Shown here piece after piece: positions 24,161-36,830 of a stretch of 64,000 bases of DNA. A program made the translations under genes and the position numbers. The notes under the pieces were generated by a model, which did no database searches, was not told the DNA's origin, and saw nothing but the letters and a program-made list of their open reading frames with translations. Origin of the DNA: Octopus bimaculoides (lineage: Eukaryota); NCBI RefSeq assembly GCF_001194135.2, contig NC_068985.1:3185591-3249590 (forward strand), written 5' to 3'. Position 1 is the first letter of the stretch, and each line of letters opens with the position of its first letter.

Positions 24161-25473
24161 TAATGCTGAAAATCACCATCAATGAAAGTATAGACTGCGA
24201 ATATATGACTGCTAACAGAAATAAGCTGATAATATAGTCCAGGACACCTATTTCACAGTCAACTACTTGAGATGATGTTGAAGTGAAAAACCAGCTTCAA
24301 AACAATCACTCAATTCTACTTTAGGCTACTAAAAATTATTTACACTTTCTATTATTGCTTTCTTCATTTTAGTTTACTCTTTTTAATGCTATTTTTATAT
24401 TTTTGTTACATATAAATTGTCTTTACTATTGTAGTAACAGGTTTTCTTTGAGTTGTTGCCTTTGTAATTTTCTCACTATTAATTTGTTTTTGTCTTTTTC
24501 TCCTGAAATTTAAGTTTAACCAACTTGTTTAATAATTTGAAACTCATTATCTTGTTATCTAAATTATTCTTTACACTTAGCCAATCAACAAAGGACAAAC
24601 ACAATTTTAAGAGTTAACACAAAAAACACTGCTAGCATGCCTAGCTAATAAGCAGGCCGATTAACAGAAACATAAATTCGCCGAGAGCACAACATAGCAT
24701 CTAAATGAAACTAAAATTGAAAACCAGTCATAGTTACCATATTTATTTCTAATTCTGTTTTGTTTGTTTTTTTTCCAGATTTTTAAACTTAGAAATTAGG
24801 CATGTGCATTATATATGAGAACTAAATGCTGTATAATAAACATGAGAGCTAAAACGTTATCCATTTTCTCTTTCTTTCTTTTTTTTTTGTTTGTAAAGAG
24901 CTAAATTTATACAATTTATGTCCTACAGAATTAACTTGTCCTTTTGTTTTCTTAATATCATAAATTGTTGAAGAACCTATATTTTACTCACACACAATAA
25001 CATTCTAGCTTTCATCTCTTTTCAAATGCTGTGTTATTCCAATTTCTGTATACAATGTGATAGTAACATGCTTTCGTTTCAGACCTTTTCCCAGATCGAT
25101 TCCTTTATTAATGCTAAAAGACATTTTCACAGATGGAAGATCAAGTTGATACAAGCAGTTAAAAATCACTTGGATATGGTCACTGTTCTTTCCAAATTGA
25201 TAGAGTGACGTTGGCAGTTAGTGACAGCACTTTGGGGGAAAAAAAGAAAACGTAGCCAAACATGCCAGAAAATGAAGTGACTTGGACTACTGGATACCAG
25301 ATTAGTGGAACATTACTGTATGTACTTAAGACAGTAGTGTGTCATATGAGAGGAAATTCGACTGCCTACTGTTAATTATACAAAGTGCAAACAAGAGACG
25401 AATCATTACAAGGAGATCTTCTATGAGCATGACACCATTTTGGTACATTCAGAATATTAATATATACATCAGG

Positions 25474-25596
25474 GGTGGCTGTGTAGAGAGAAGCTTCCTT
25501 CTCAATCATATGGTTCTGGGTTCAGTTCCATTGCATGGAACCTTGGCCAAGTGTCTCCTACTATAGCCTAAGGCTGACCAAAGCTTTGCAAATGGA
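25474..25596 (+). mobile_element. tRNA-derived SINE family A, 3'-truncated
   Basis: ggtggctgtgtagagagaagcttcctt...ggttcagttcc...ccttggccaagtgtctcctactatagcc. Confidence 0.7.
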
Positions 25597-25599
25597 CTG

Positions 25600-25689
25600 C
25601 TCTCTTCTGATGCAGATGACCATATAGATTTCAAACAATGAATATCCTTTATGTCTGAAATCTATATAGTCATCTGCAACTGAAGAGAG
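25600..25689. repeat. 90-bp inverted repeat: 34-bp arms (31/34 match) and 22-nt loop
   Basis: 25600-25633 is the reverse complement of 25656-25689 apart from three mismatches. Confidence 0.9.
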
Positions 25690-25799
25690 TGGTTTCTTTC
25701 AAATTGATGGAATGTTTTCATTGATCAATTAAATGGAGCCACTTGCAATGGTTGTAATGTATTGATACCTGTACATCCTTGTTACTTATTTACATTAAT

Positions 25800-26019
25800 T
25801 TCTTTATTGCCCACAGGGGGCTAAACATAGAGGGGACAAACAAGGAATTTAGTTGATTACATCAACCCCAGTGCTTAAGTGGTACTTATTTAATCGACCC
25901 CGAAAGGATGAAAGGCTAAGTCGACCTCAGCAGAATTTGAACTCAGAACACTTAGCAGCAGATGAAATACTGCTAACATTTCGCCTGGCGTGCTAACGTT
26001 TCTGCCAGCTCGTTGCCTT
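25800..26019 (-). mobile_element. tRNA-derived SINE family B
   Basis: Reverse complement aaggcaacgagctggcagaaacgttagcacgcc...ttctgagttcaaattctgctgaggtcgactt...; homologous to 38946-39355. Confidence 0.75.
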
Positions 26020-26119
26020 TATTTACATTCTGTTCACCAAATTTGGAGCTGTGCAAACTATACTGAACTGGCAAGGTGCCTCAATTTAAGCACCTAATTC
26101 AAAAATGTTCTGCAGTGTG

Positions 26120-26457
26120 AAGGCTTGAAATGTTTTGGTTTGCAAGACAATGTGTCAGGGAAAACTGTGATGTTGTTGGAGAGAAGAGCATTCACATGGA
26201 TGATGGTCCACTTGCAGTTAGTGACTCTGCAAAGAAAGAGGCCTGAAAGGCTGCTAAATGGAAGTAGGAGAATCTACCTAATGTGGATCCAACAAAGGGA
26301 TCAGCTACCTGAATAGACAGTATCTTGGTAGATAAAGCCATGGAAGATATGAAAACAGGGGTATGCCACCCACCCCTGCCCATCAGAAATCACCAGTGAG
26401 ATGCTTGAAATATCTGGCAGTGTGAGTTATGGTCTAGTCACCTGTATAGTTAATCAA
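26120..26457 (+). mobile_element. RTE LINE ORF relic (region just N-terminal to RT)
   Basis: Translates IHMDDGPLAVSDSAKKEA*K..NLPNVDP..IDSILVDKAMEDMKTG..PSEITSEMLEISGSVSYGLVTCIVNQ. Confidence 0.75.
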
Positions 26458-29400
26458 AAGAGCAAGATATTCCATACCTATTATATTTTCAAATATTCTT
26501 TTGTATTTTTAACACCACAACCCTCACCATTATGTAGTGTACTTATGCACTTACACAATGTGTTATGCTGGATTAGCACAACACAGTTCCTGTGCTAATT
26601 CAGAATAATACATTATAAGTTATAATACAAAATGAGCAGATCGTGGTGCCATACACATAATCCATGTAACATAAATTAGCATCCTGCCATTTACTCTACA
26701 TGAAATCTTTTAAGCAAGGCACAAATTTCTTTCTGCTTTGATTTCTTCAAGTCACAAATTAAGTAAATAGCTGAATAGATGTAGAGATTAAGATTTAGTA
26801 AATTTAGACTCTACAAACTCCATGGATCAAACTCTGCACTAATGTTAAATTAACTTTACACCTTTCAAAGACAGAAAAGCATCAAATTAACTTGATGTGT
26901 CAATCAGATAGAATATTTGATGCATTAGTTTGATAGTACGAACCCATTGTAAATCTTATTAAAGCACTCTTTAGACTACAGAACCCATGTTACACTAGTG
27001 TCCCATCTGAAATCAGTTTTAAGAAACAATCAAAGTTTCGAAATTAAATTTTAAAATATAAGTAATTTGGTAAATGTCAATGAATATAGAAATTTGTTGG
27101 GAAGAATGTTATGTTATACAACAAACTTGCCCAACTCTTCATAGCATGGAAGAACTGACATTAAAATAACAAGGGAGGAATACAATAATCCAAAACCTAT
27201 ATTCATAATATAACCTCATACAAGAATCAGAGTCTCAGCAGTGATCTGAGCTAAGTCTAACTCAATAATACAGAAAAAAAAAACTTTCCAATTCACTTAC
27301 AATAAAAGGAAATCTTGACTAAAATATAGACATCTAACCACTAGATGGTATCTTACTATCTTTGGAAGTAGCAGGCTTACTGTGAAGGACCATTGTCATT
27401 TAAGAATAAGCTTATTTAATAATTTCAGTTGCCAGGTCAATATTACAAACAAACTCAGGTTGTCAAAACAAGTTGCTTTACATTATTCTGTAGATAAAAG
27501 TGCATGTAAATATATTGTTCTTACAGATAGTTGCCAGAATTCACTAATTAGATTTTCAGAACTGGTCTATTGAACTTGTTGAAATGATTTTGCCAAAAAT
27601 ATGACATATCATAAATGTATGAGTGTTCATAAGGATGTATGTTTTGTGTCTGCTAAACTCATGCCAGCATAGAGGGAAAAAAAAAAAAGAGCCAACAAAA
27701 AGAAATATCATATACAACTCTATGTACATATATATTCATTTGAATGTTTATGTATATATATTTGTGTGAGTGTATATTATATACCAATATATATTACTGT
27801 ATACAAACATAAATACATACATATATGTATTAATGTATCTATACATATTTTTATTGACAACACATTATATATGTATTGGTAGTGATGTCTATGAATACAT
27901 ATATAAGGTGAGCATTTGTGTATCTGTACATACACGAATATAGTTCAAGTAGATAAAATTACAATGTGTTCATAGAACCTAGCTACCTATCAACTATTGC
28001 AAATCTATAAGAATCCATTACGCTAAAACTTCAACCATAAATAATCATTCTCTTCTTGTTGACACAAGCATATGATGAAGTGGTAGTTTTGAAGTCAGAC
28101 ACAAGAATTAATTCATCTCCACCAGAATCTCTTGCCAGCTAAGTTATGTATGTCTTACCAACATTCATATAAACTAGCCATTAAGTCAAAGGACTGGTCA
28201 TTTTTTTTCTTTCACCAGCTAAGTCAATCATTGTCGACAGCACGGTAATTTAAAGTTTGTCAAGTTACATATAACATTTTGGTCACTTAAGGCAAAACTT
28301 ATTTCAGCTTTTTGGAGAAACCTTGATGTTTCTTCACGGCAGCACAAAAACATTAACAGCAAAGCTATCATCAAATAAATTAAGATTTAAAAATAAATTA
28401 CTTGGTAACACATCATGTTTTTCAGAATCGTATGTCTGCCGAAAGAATACCGAGATCAATGACAAGAAAAAAAATTTAATCAAGAAGGCATTTCTATTCT
28501 ACATAGTTGATCACCTAGCTAGAAATAGCAGTCAAATCTTCTTCAAACCACACCTTACTATTATAACAAAGGATATGATGGTTAATGTAAACCAGGGTAC
28601 ACTATTTCTGAAAAATAAAAAAAACACGATGGTCATGACTTTACTGGCTTTGATCATAGGTCCTGATCAATAGAGGGCAACTTGGGGCTAAACAAAAACA
28701 ATAAAAACAATTATAATAAAGGTGATCACCCAGTTGATAGAGCCACATCAGATAATTATGATATCCAAAATTTGATGCATCTGTTCAGAACTTAAATACT
28801 CTTGGGACTACCTTTACAGTTCATTATTCAAAGTCAATAAAATAAATACTATTATTATGTGTCAATTCAACCAGCTGTAACCCATTATTAGAGAAACGCC
28901 TTGTCAAAAGTCCCTCAAATAATAATATTAAGTATTTCTAAGGCAGAAATTTGAGGGATGGGGTTAGCTGATTAAATCAACTGCTACTTGTTAAATCGAT
29001 TGTGGAAGGATGAAAGACAAATTGGGCCTTAGCATGAATTAAATTCAGAACATAAAGGAGTGTGACTAAATACCACAAGGCCTTTTGTCAGCTGTTCTAG
29101 TGTTTCTACAACTCCAACATCTTTAAAATAATAATTAAGAAAGGATTATTATAGGTGAGACTGGTTCCTCCCTCCTTCAAGTGGTATTTAAACTCAGAGA
29201 TGTATGATAAGGCTTTGGACTTAGAACATGAGACTAAAATATTATATTACATTAAGATAAAGTAAATACCATTTGTGTACTGGTGTTGATTCAAACACGT
29301 GGCTCCATGCCAATATAAGAAGTCACACACACACACACACATCTTGTTGCACTTTAGATAAGTCCATTTCATATCAAACCAAAAGAAAATAGGTTAAACC

Positions 29401-29495
29401 AATAAAGATGATGACTACCTAAAGTGCAGTATTACATTGAATGTTACAAATGAAAGCAAAAAGACAGATGTTAACAAATATAGCTCTATATAGTA

Positions 29496-31220
29496 GTAGC
29501 AGAGATACCTGGCATTGCTCGGGATTAAAATGGCATAGTTTGTATATATATTACAGTTATGTTGAAACTTGAGATACACAAAGTGCAGTATTGACAACAG
29601 TTCAACAAAGTGATTTGTCATGCATCCATTTGGCGGATTCCAGGCCCTAACCTGTCATGGAAAATTGGGGTTATGTGATTTTTGAATGAACTGAAAAGCA
29701 GTCAGTGGATATACTCTCCTTTGCGGCAATCGGCGCTGCATCTAACACAACTCATTGTATGGTTGACAGTCAAATGAATGTAGGTGTAATGGAGACATTG
29801 TACATAAATGGGTACATTCTAGAAAGGGTCTGCAATGGGAGACAGCAATAGGGAAGTGAACTGTTGAAACGTTGCAGAAGGTGAAGGGTTGATAGTGGAT
29901 TGCTGGTGTGGCTGTAGAATAAGAAACATAAACTGAGCCTATGGAGTCACATGAGAATATGTAGTAATGAATTACTTGAAAAAATAAGGCATAATAGCTT
30001 AGCGCGTGGTCGGTGGGAGTAATTGAAGAATATGTTGTGATACTGAAGTCCATGCAGGAAACTGCTTTGTTGATGCAGTCTTCAGGTTTGTTGGTATTTT
30101 GCTGAAATGGTATCCATTTTCACCATTCACAGAGAGAAGTAGATACTGGAGTGCATTGTAGGATGTAGTAATTGCTACAAAACTTCTTGGTAAACAATAT
30201 TCTTTGTTTTCCCTTGTGGAACAAATGCAAATGGAATTTTTTTACTTCCCACTCTAGAGCAGCCAACATATAATTTGCCCATGTGAGAAGCACGACTCTT
30301 GCAAGTAAAGTCCTATCACAGACAGTGTCTGACTCTATGATTTATTGATAGACATTGTGAAGCTGATACGAACAGGAAATTGTACTCTTCTGAATGAAAA
30401 AGGAATTTCTGTTCCCGATGGACTGAGATGAGAAGAATCCTGGGTATGAAAACATCCTTGCCTTTTCCACATCCACAGAGAATGGTGGCCTCATCTTCTT
30501 TATCACCAGGCATATCCATTGCAGAGTTGATGGATCCAAATTCCTCAATAACATTACTGGAGCTTCCACTTTAAGTTCCAATCTGTGGGGAAGTAGTCTT
30601 GGAGGCTCCAATGAATTGAGAAATTCTGTTGGATAATTTACCACCTCTTGAGGATCTGGGATTATATCAACTGACTTATAGATGTGAGGGTTTCTAGGAA
30701 GGTACTGCAGCGGCTGCTCATTAATTTTGCTTACAGTGCTGTTTTTTGGAGCCAGTATTACTCTTTCATACAGCCAATTGAGATTGTGATAATTTTTCCA
30801 CTAATGGGGGATTTCCTCTTTGGAGACATTATGTCAAGAAATATGATGTAATAAAATAACAATTGTACATTAATGATAAAATGTCAATAAAAACAGGTAA
30901 ATAATATCAATATTTTAGCAAATTTTAAGAAATACATACAATGAACTGAGATGACACTGTTAATAATTAATGTCAATAAAAAACATTAATTAATATAAAT
31001 ATTTTTAAAAGGTGAAAAACATTCAGCGGACCAATCACTCTAGATGTAAGGGAGTTACCTCCCTTCTCCATATAACCCAGGAAAGGGGGTTTTCTGCTCC
31101 CAGAGAGCCCGTTACTCATTATGTGAAAAATTTTGAGAGTCTAAAATCATCTCTGGAACATAAATAATGTATGTTCCAAGTTTGGAGAAAATCAGTTGTG
31201 AACTTCAGAAGTTATGCAGG

Positions 31221-31252
<32 letters not shown>

Positions 31253-31274
31253 ACCGGACTTTTATATATATAGA
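29496..31274 (-). mobile_element. Non-autonomous, internally deleted Helitron with both termini
   Basis: 5' A|TCTATATATATAAAA at 31274. ATG at 30829 (MSPKRKSPISG) is joined out of frame to a helicase C-terminal relic (YHNLNWLYERVILAPKN..NYPTEFLNSLEPP..LLRNLDP..KDVFIPRI). 3' cccgagcaatgccagg..CTAC|T at 29496. Confidence 0.85.
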
Positions 31275-32516
31275 TAAACTCAAAGAAAACTTAATACAGC
31301 TAAGTTTAATGTTAAACACATTTTGGGTTTTATCACCAGATTAATGCATATAGAGACACATAACAAATTTCAGCTTGTAGCAATGGATTTATAAACCAGA
31401 TAGCTTTACCAAATGCAATCCAAAATTTCAAGAGCTGACTTTTAATTGTAAATATCACCAATACATATTTCATGAAAGATCAGTTGAAAAAGGATTTATA
31501 TGGACATTTTGTCTACCTTTCCTCTTAAAATGTGACTAATCAAAACACTATTCAAACAGTACAAGAACAGAACTCCAACAGAAAGAGCTAGGTCATAGAA
31601 ATTTTTGCACAAACATTATCAAATGCCATGAATAACCAACTTCATCTGAAAGTTAGCATAAATTTTCTTCTGTTCAATAAGCATAAATTCAGGCAGATGC
31701 AAATATGCACACACACACACACACACATAACATACATATACATACGCAGCACTCATACCTGATGATGGATAATAAAATTTAATAAAAGACTTACAATGTA
31801 GGCAATTTAACCCCCACTATAACTGTTCCTACAGTGATTTGTAATCAATAGCAATTTAGACTCTTCAGAGAGAGCGAAAGTATAGGTTTTTAGTTCACTG
31901 TTGCCCTCTGACCTCATCCTTCCACCCACTACCCTATTCTCAGTCTATTCCCCATCAATCAACAATACTCCATGCTACCACCCAAGTTAATCAAAGACAA
32001 TTGAGTGAATCAATATATTAGTAGCTACAAGGGATAGTGAAGACATTTAATACTAGAACACACTTCCTGGCTCTTATGTATAATGAGTTTAATTAAATTG
32101 AAATCAGTCTGTTTGGCATAAGAGTTGATATTTCACAATATTTTGGCACCAGTAAAGTTACTTAAGCACTGTAAAGCAACTCTAAAGAAGACATTTAAGG
32201 AACAGATGAGAACTTGGACACACGGACATCTCAAGTTATCCCAAGTAATCAAGCACATCTAATGCTATGCAGATGGACAGGGACTTGCCAATACATTATA
32301 TAAGCTATTATATCAGTATTTTACCTTGAGACTTGCATTTCAGAAGCAACCCCACTTTAAATAAGCAACCCCACTTTAAATACACCAAGAAAATAATATG
32401 TAAATGAAAAAAAATAAACACCAATTCTAAAACTTGGAGACATTATATAAAGAATATTTAAAGGTGATATTAAACTCCAGACAATTAAGTTATAGTGGAA
32501 TTGTAACCAACAGGTT

Positions 32517-32733
32517 ACTACTACTACTACAACCATTACTACTACTACCACCACCACCACCACCACTACTTCTACAAATACTACTACTATTAATTCTACT
32601 GCTGCTGCTGCTACTACTACTACCACGAATACTACTACAACCACTACTACTACTATTACTACTACCACCACCACCACTACCACCACCACTTCTACAAATA
32701 CTACTACTATTAATACTGCTGCTACTGCTGCTG

Positions 32734-32763
<30 letters not shown>
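32517..32763. repeat. Compound (CTA)/(CCA)/(CTG) triplet tract with a ~115-125-bp higher-order duplication
   Basis: The anchor ttctacaaatactactactattaat occurs twice, with the same order of triplet blocks around it. Confidence 0.85.
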
Positions 32764-32764
<1 letters not shown>

Positions 32765-32983
32765 ACGTGCATATTAAAAACAAGAGCAAATTCTTATTCT
32801 ATGCTGTTAGTTCTCTCAATATCCAGATTCCTCTCAATAATCAGGTTTAACATTTTAAGTAATCCTAATCTAAGAAATTGAAGATTATGATATATTGGAA
32901 ATGCATGAATAATTTTTTGAGAAGAAAGAGAGAACAAAATAAAACAGCTGGAGAAAGTATACCTCCATACTACCATTTATATA

Positions 32984-33330
32984 CATGATCGATGCCAGAA
33001 CCGCCTGACTGGCTCCCGTACCGGTGGTACATAAAAAGCACCATCCAAACATGGCCGATGCCAGTCCCACCTTACTGGCCCCCTGTGCCAATGGCAAGTA
33101 AAAAGCACCATCTGAACATGATCGATGCCAGGCCCGCCTGACTGGTTCCTGTGCCAGTGGCACGTAAAAAGCACCCACTACACTCTTGGGGTGGTTGGCG
33201 TAAGGAAGTGCATCCAGCTGTAGAAAAGCCAGATCAGATTGGAGCCTGGTGCAGCCGCTGGCTCTCCAGACCTCAGTCAAACTGTCCAACCTATGCCAGC
33301 ATGGAAAACAGACGTTAAACGATGATGATG
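32984..33330 (+). mobile_element. RTE LINE 3'UTR fragment with ~50-60-nt internal repeats
   Basis: Three (c/g)taaaaagcacc units, conserved core and gacgttaaacgatgatgatg tail. Confidence 0.82.
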
Positions 33331-34023
33331 CAATAAAGTTATGGTTTTGTTGGAGGTTTCTTTATGTAAACATTACACGCAATACATTAAACACAATAAC
33401 ATCACAAAGTGTAAAGCTTTAAACGGTTATATTTTTATATTAAAGAAAAGATTGACTACTCACCAAGATACAAAATCTTAGTGAGAAAAAAACAAAACTC
33501 ACTTCCTAAGAAATACATCTGAGCAACCCCTTATTGACATACGATTAGAGAGCAAACGATTACAGTTCATAACAAAACAGTAAATCAATAATATACACTA
33601 AATCTACAATAGAATTCAATTGAACACAAATTGCGTCTTAGAAAACACTTCTACAAACTGAGATACAATAAAATTCAAAAAATTTTTTTATACCACAATT
33701 TAAAATGTTGTCTCTGTGAATCCAGTTTCGTCATTCTCTGACTCAAATATTTACTGAAGTTTAATCAAGTCTATTCTGATCAGATCTCAGAATCCTGGGA
33801 CTTGTAGACATCATGACACAAGATTTAGGGGATTGCCAATGTTGTACATCACACATGTCCAACCTAGCATATATGGGAAAACTGGATGATAAGACAGTGA
33901 AGAGTATTATTAGTGCAATTACGTAAACTATGTGAAAACTGAAAGTTTCAATAAGCATCATCAGTGCGATGGTAAAATATGTCCACATTTAAGTATTTAA
34001 ACATATGCTTCAAATGTTACTGT

Positions 34024-34062
<39 letters not shown>

Positions 34063-34897
34063 NNNNNNNNNNNNNNNNNNNNNNNNNNNNNNNNNNNNNN
34101 NNNNNNNNNNNNNNNNNNNNNNNNNNNNNNNNNNNNNNNNNNNNNNNNNNNNNNNNNNNNNNNNNNNNNNNNNNNNNNNNNNNNNNNNNNNNNNNNNNNN
34201 NNNNNNNNNNNNNNNNNNNNNNNNNNNNNNNNNNNNNNNNNNNNNNNNNNNNNNNNNNNNNNNNNNNNNNNNNNNNNNNNNNNNNNNNNNNNNNNNNNNN
34301 NNNNNNNNNNNNNNNNNNNNNNNNNNNNNNNNNNNNNNNNNNNNNNNNNNNNNNNNNNNNNNNNNNNNNNNNNNNNNNNNNNNNNNNNNNNNNNNNNNNN
34401 NNNNNNNNNNNNNNNNNNNNNNNNNNNNNNNNNNNNNNNNNNNNNNNNNNNNNNNNNNNNNNNNNNNNNNNNNNNNNNNNNNNNNNNNNNNNNNNNNNNN
34501 NNNNNNNNNNNNNNNNNNNNNNNNNNNNNNNNNNNNNNNNNNNNNNNNNNNNNNNNNNNNNNNNNNNNNNNNNNNNNNNNNNNNNNNNNNNNNNNNNNNN
34601 NNNNNNNNNNNNNNNNNNNNNNNNNNNNNNNNNNNNNNNNNNNNNNNNNNNNNNNNNNNNNNNNNNNNNNNNNNNNNNNNNNNNNNNNNNNNNNNNNNNN
34701 NNNNNNNNNNNNNNNNNNNNNNNNNNNNNNNNNNNNNNNNNNNNNNNNNNNNNNNNNNNNNNNNNNNNNNNNNNNNNNNNNNNNNNNNNNNNNNNNNNNN
34801 NNNNNNNNNNNNNNNNNNNNNNNNNNNNNNNNNNNNNNNNNNNNNNNNNNNNNNNNNNNNNNNNNNNNNNNNNNNNNNNNNNNNNNNNNNNNNNNNN
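34063..34897. other. Assembly gap (835 N) flanked by (TA)n
   Basis: N run. Confidence 1.
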
Positions 34898-35124
34898 TAT
34901 ATATATATAGATATACATATATAGATATACATATATAGAAATATATATATGATTGGTCCAACTTTATCTGAAAGTGACGATAATTTCAATAAAACAACAA
35001 TTTGTGTTGTACAATATTTGATATACACTTATTTTGTCTTTGCTGTTCAAATACCATCCTACTGGCAACTCCGAGTTACTTTTTCTTATTTTCAATTCAT
35101 TTCCTTTATCTCTCTCTCTCCTTC

Positions 35125-35126
35125 AT

Positions 35127-35157
<31 letters not shown>

Positions 35158-35350
35158 AACACATATACACACAATCATTTACATGTATGTGTGTGTGTAT
35201 ATATATAAATATACACGCACACACATGTATATACATATATATATATATACATACATATATATATATACATACATATATATATATATACATACATATATAT
35301 ATATATATACATACATATATATATATATATACATACATATATATATATAT

Positions 35351-35415
<65 letters not shown>

Positions 35416-35470
35416 TCTACATACACGCACACACATATGTACATACATATTTATGCATACATATATACAC
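35125..35470. repeat. (CA)n and (TA)n/CATA compound microsatellite
   Basis: Direct observation. Confidence 0.95.
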
Positions 35471-36469
35471 ACCAATCAGTTCTGTTACAACAGCTTCCAA
35501 TACCATCAATATAACCAGATGTCATCCGTACTTTTAGTGCCATCATAACACTGAAATGAATGCTATCACCATCATTATTGAACAAAAAGAATGCTCGGTT
35601 CCAATAGCACAGCCATTTCACCATAATCACTGTTACCATCACCACCGCAAAAGTGACCAACAACAATACCTTTCACCTCATTCCGGAAGAACATTCAGCC
35701 AGGTCGTCAACTGCAAGAACAGTGGTACCAGTGAACCACCATCACCACCACCGCAATCACCAACACTTGATGATTATTATATCTTCTCAATAAATTCTCC
35801 ACAATTTTTGTTTATATCAACTATCGAATTAATTATTCACTGAATGAAAAGGCTCCCTTAGTCTTTTAGCTGCAAGCAGAATGCCTGAAAACATGATGTG
35901 TTGTGGTTCCTTGCATGACCCTAATAATCATTCTCACACACTCATCATTCATTGTCATAATTGCTGGTTTATTACAAGTAATAAAAGCTTAAGGTGGTTA
36001 TTGGCTTCTATCAATTCCTTCCTCTACCTCTCATTTTCCCACTCAATCCAGACTCACCCTCTCTGTCTTCCTTTCTCTGTCTCCATCTTTCTATCTTTCA
36101 TACATAAACACATTATAGTATCAAATATCTTTACATAATCAACTGCAGTTTTTAAATGTATTAAATTATATATAAATGCATGAAGTATCTAAAGAAAATG
36201 GATAAAAAAATAAAAAGAATGATATTACTTTTGGAGACAAATTTCTGGAGTAGTAGTAGAATGTAGTCAATTGAACTGCTTAGTATTTTATTTGTATTTA
36301 CTATATCAATCTTGGACAAATACAGAGTAAAACCATTCTTGGTGGAATTTTAATTCAGAACCTAATTGGTAAAAACTGTGTGACCAACAAAGCATATTAT
36401 AAGGAAGGGAACGTAAAGGAAAGCATGTTGTATATATACAGATATTAAGGCACAAAGTAAATGTTCTTC

Positions 36470-36830
36470 ATACTAAGGGGCAAATGGAAAACTTAAACAA
36501 GAAACTGAATCACTAATTATAGCAGCTGAGAAAGAAAAAAAGTCATTCAAATAAATCTGATAAAGGCAAGGATTGATAACACTGAGTCAAAGAACAAATT
36601 CAGGATTTGTGGAAATGAAGATGAAAATATCAAACGTCTCTTAAGTGAATGCAGTGAGCTAGCACAAAAAGAGTATAAGTGCAGTCATGACTGTATTGAT
36701 AAAAGAATGCATTGGAATGTTAGCCAAGTGTGTGGATATAAAGTGATACAAAAGAGGTATGGACACAAGCTAGAGGCTGTGATAATGAATAATAATTACA
36801 GAATTTTATGAGATTTCTCCATTAGTTTTC
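36470..36830 (+). mobile_element. R4/Dong-like (RLE) non-LTR retrotransposon relic
   Basis: Translates LKQETESLIIAA..FRICGNEDENIKRLLSECSELAQKEYKCSHD..HW..YGHKLEAV..RIL*DF, a degenerate CCHC knuckle region. Confidence 0.7.

Noticed and set aside
26708-26750. IKAERNLCLA, resembling the Greatwall AERDALA segment
   Set aside because: Immediately followed by a stop and lacks a suitable acceptor.
32357-32850. Poly-Val, poly-Leu/Pro and poly-Ser/Gly ORFs
   Set aside because: Translations of a triplet microsatellite with no splice signals or unique coding content.
33979-35548. Long ORFs of 200-340 aa in the ORF track (also 56082-56743)
   Set aside because: They consist of N runs and TA/CA microsatellites.
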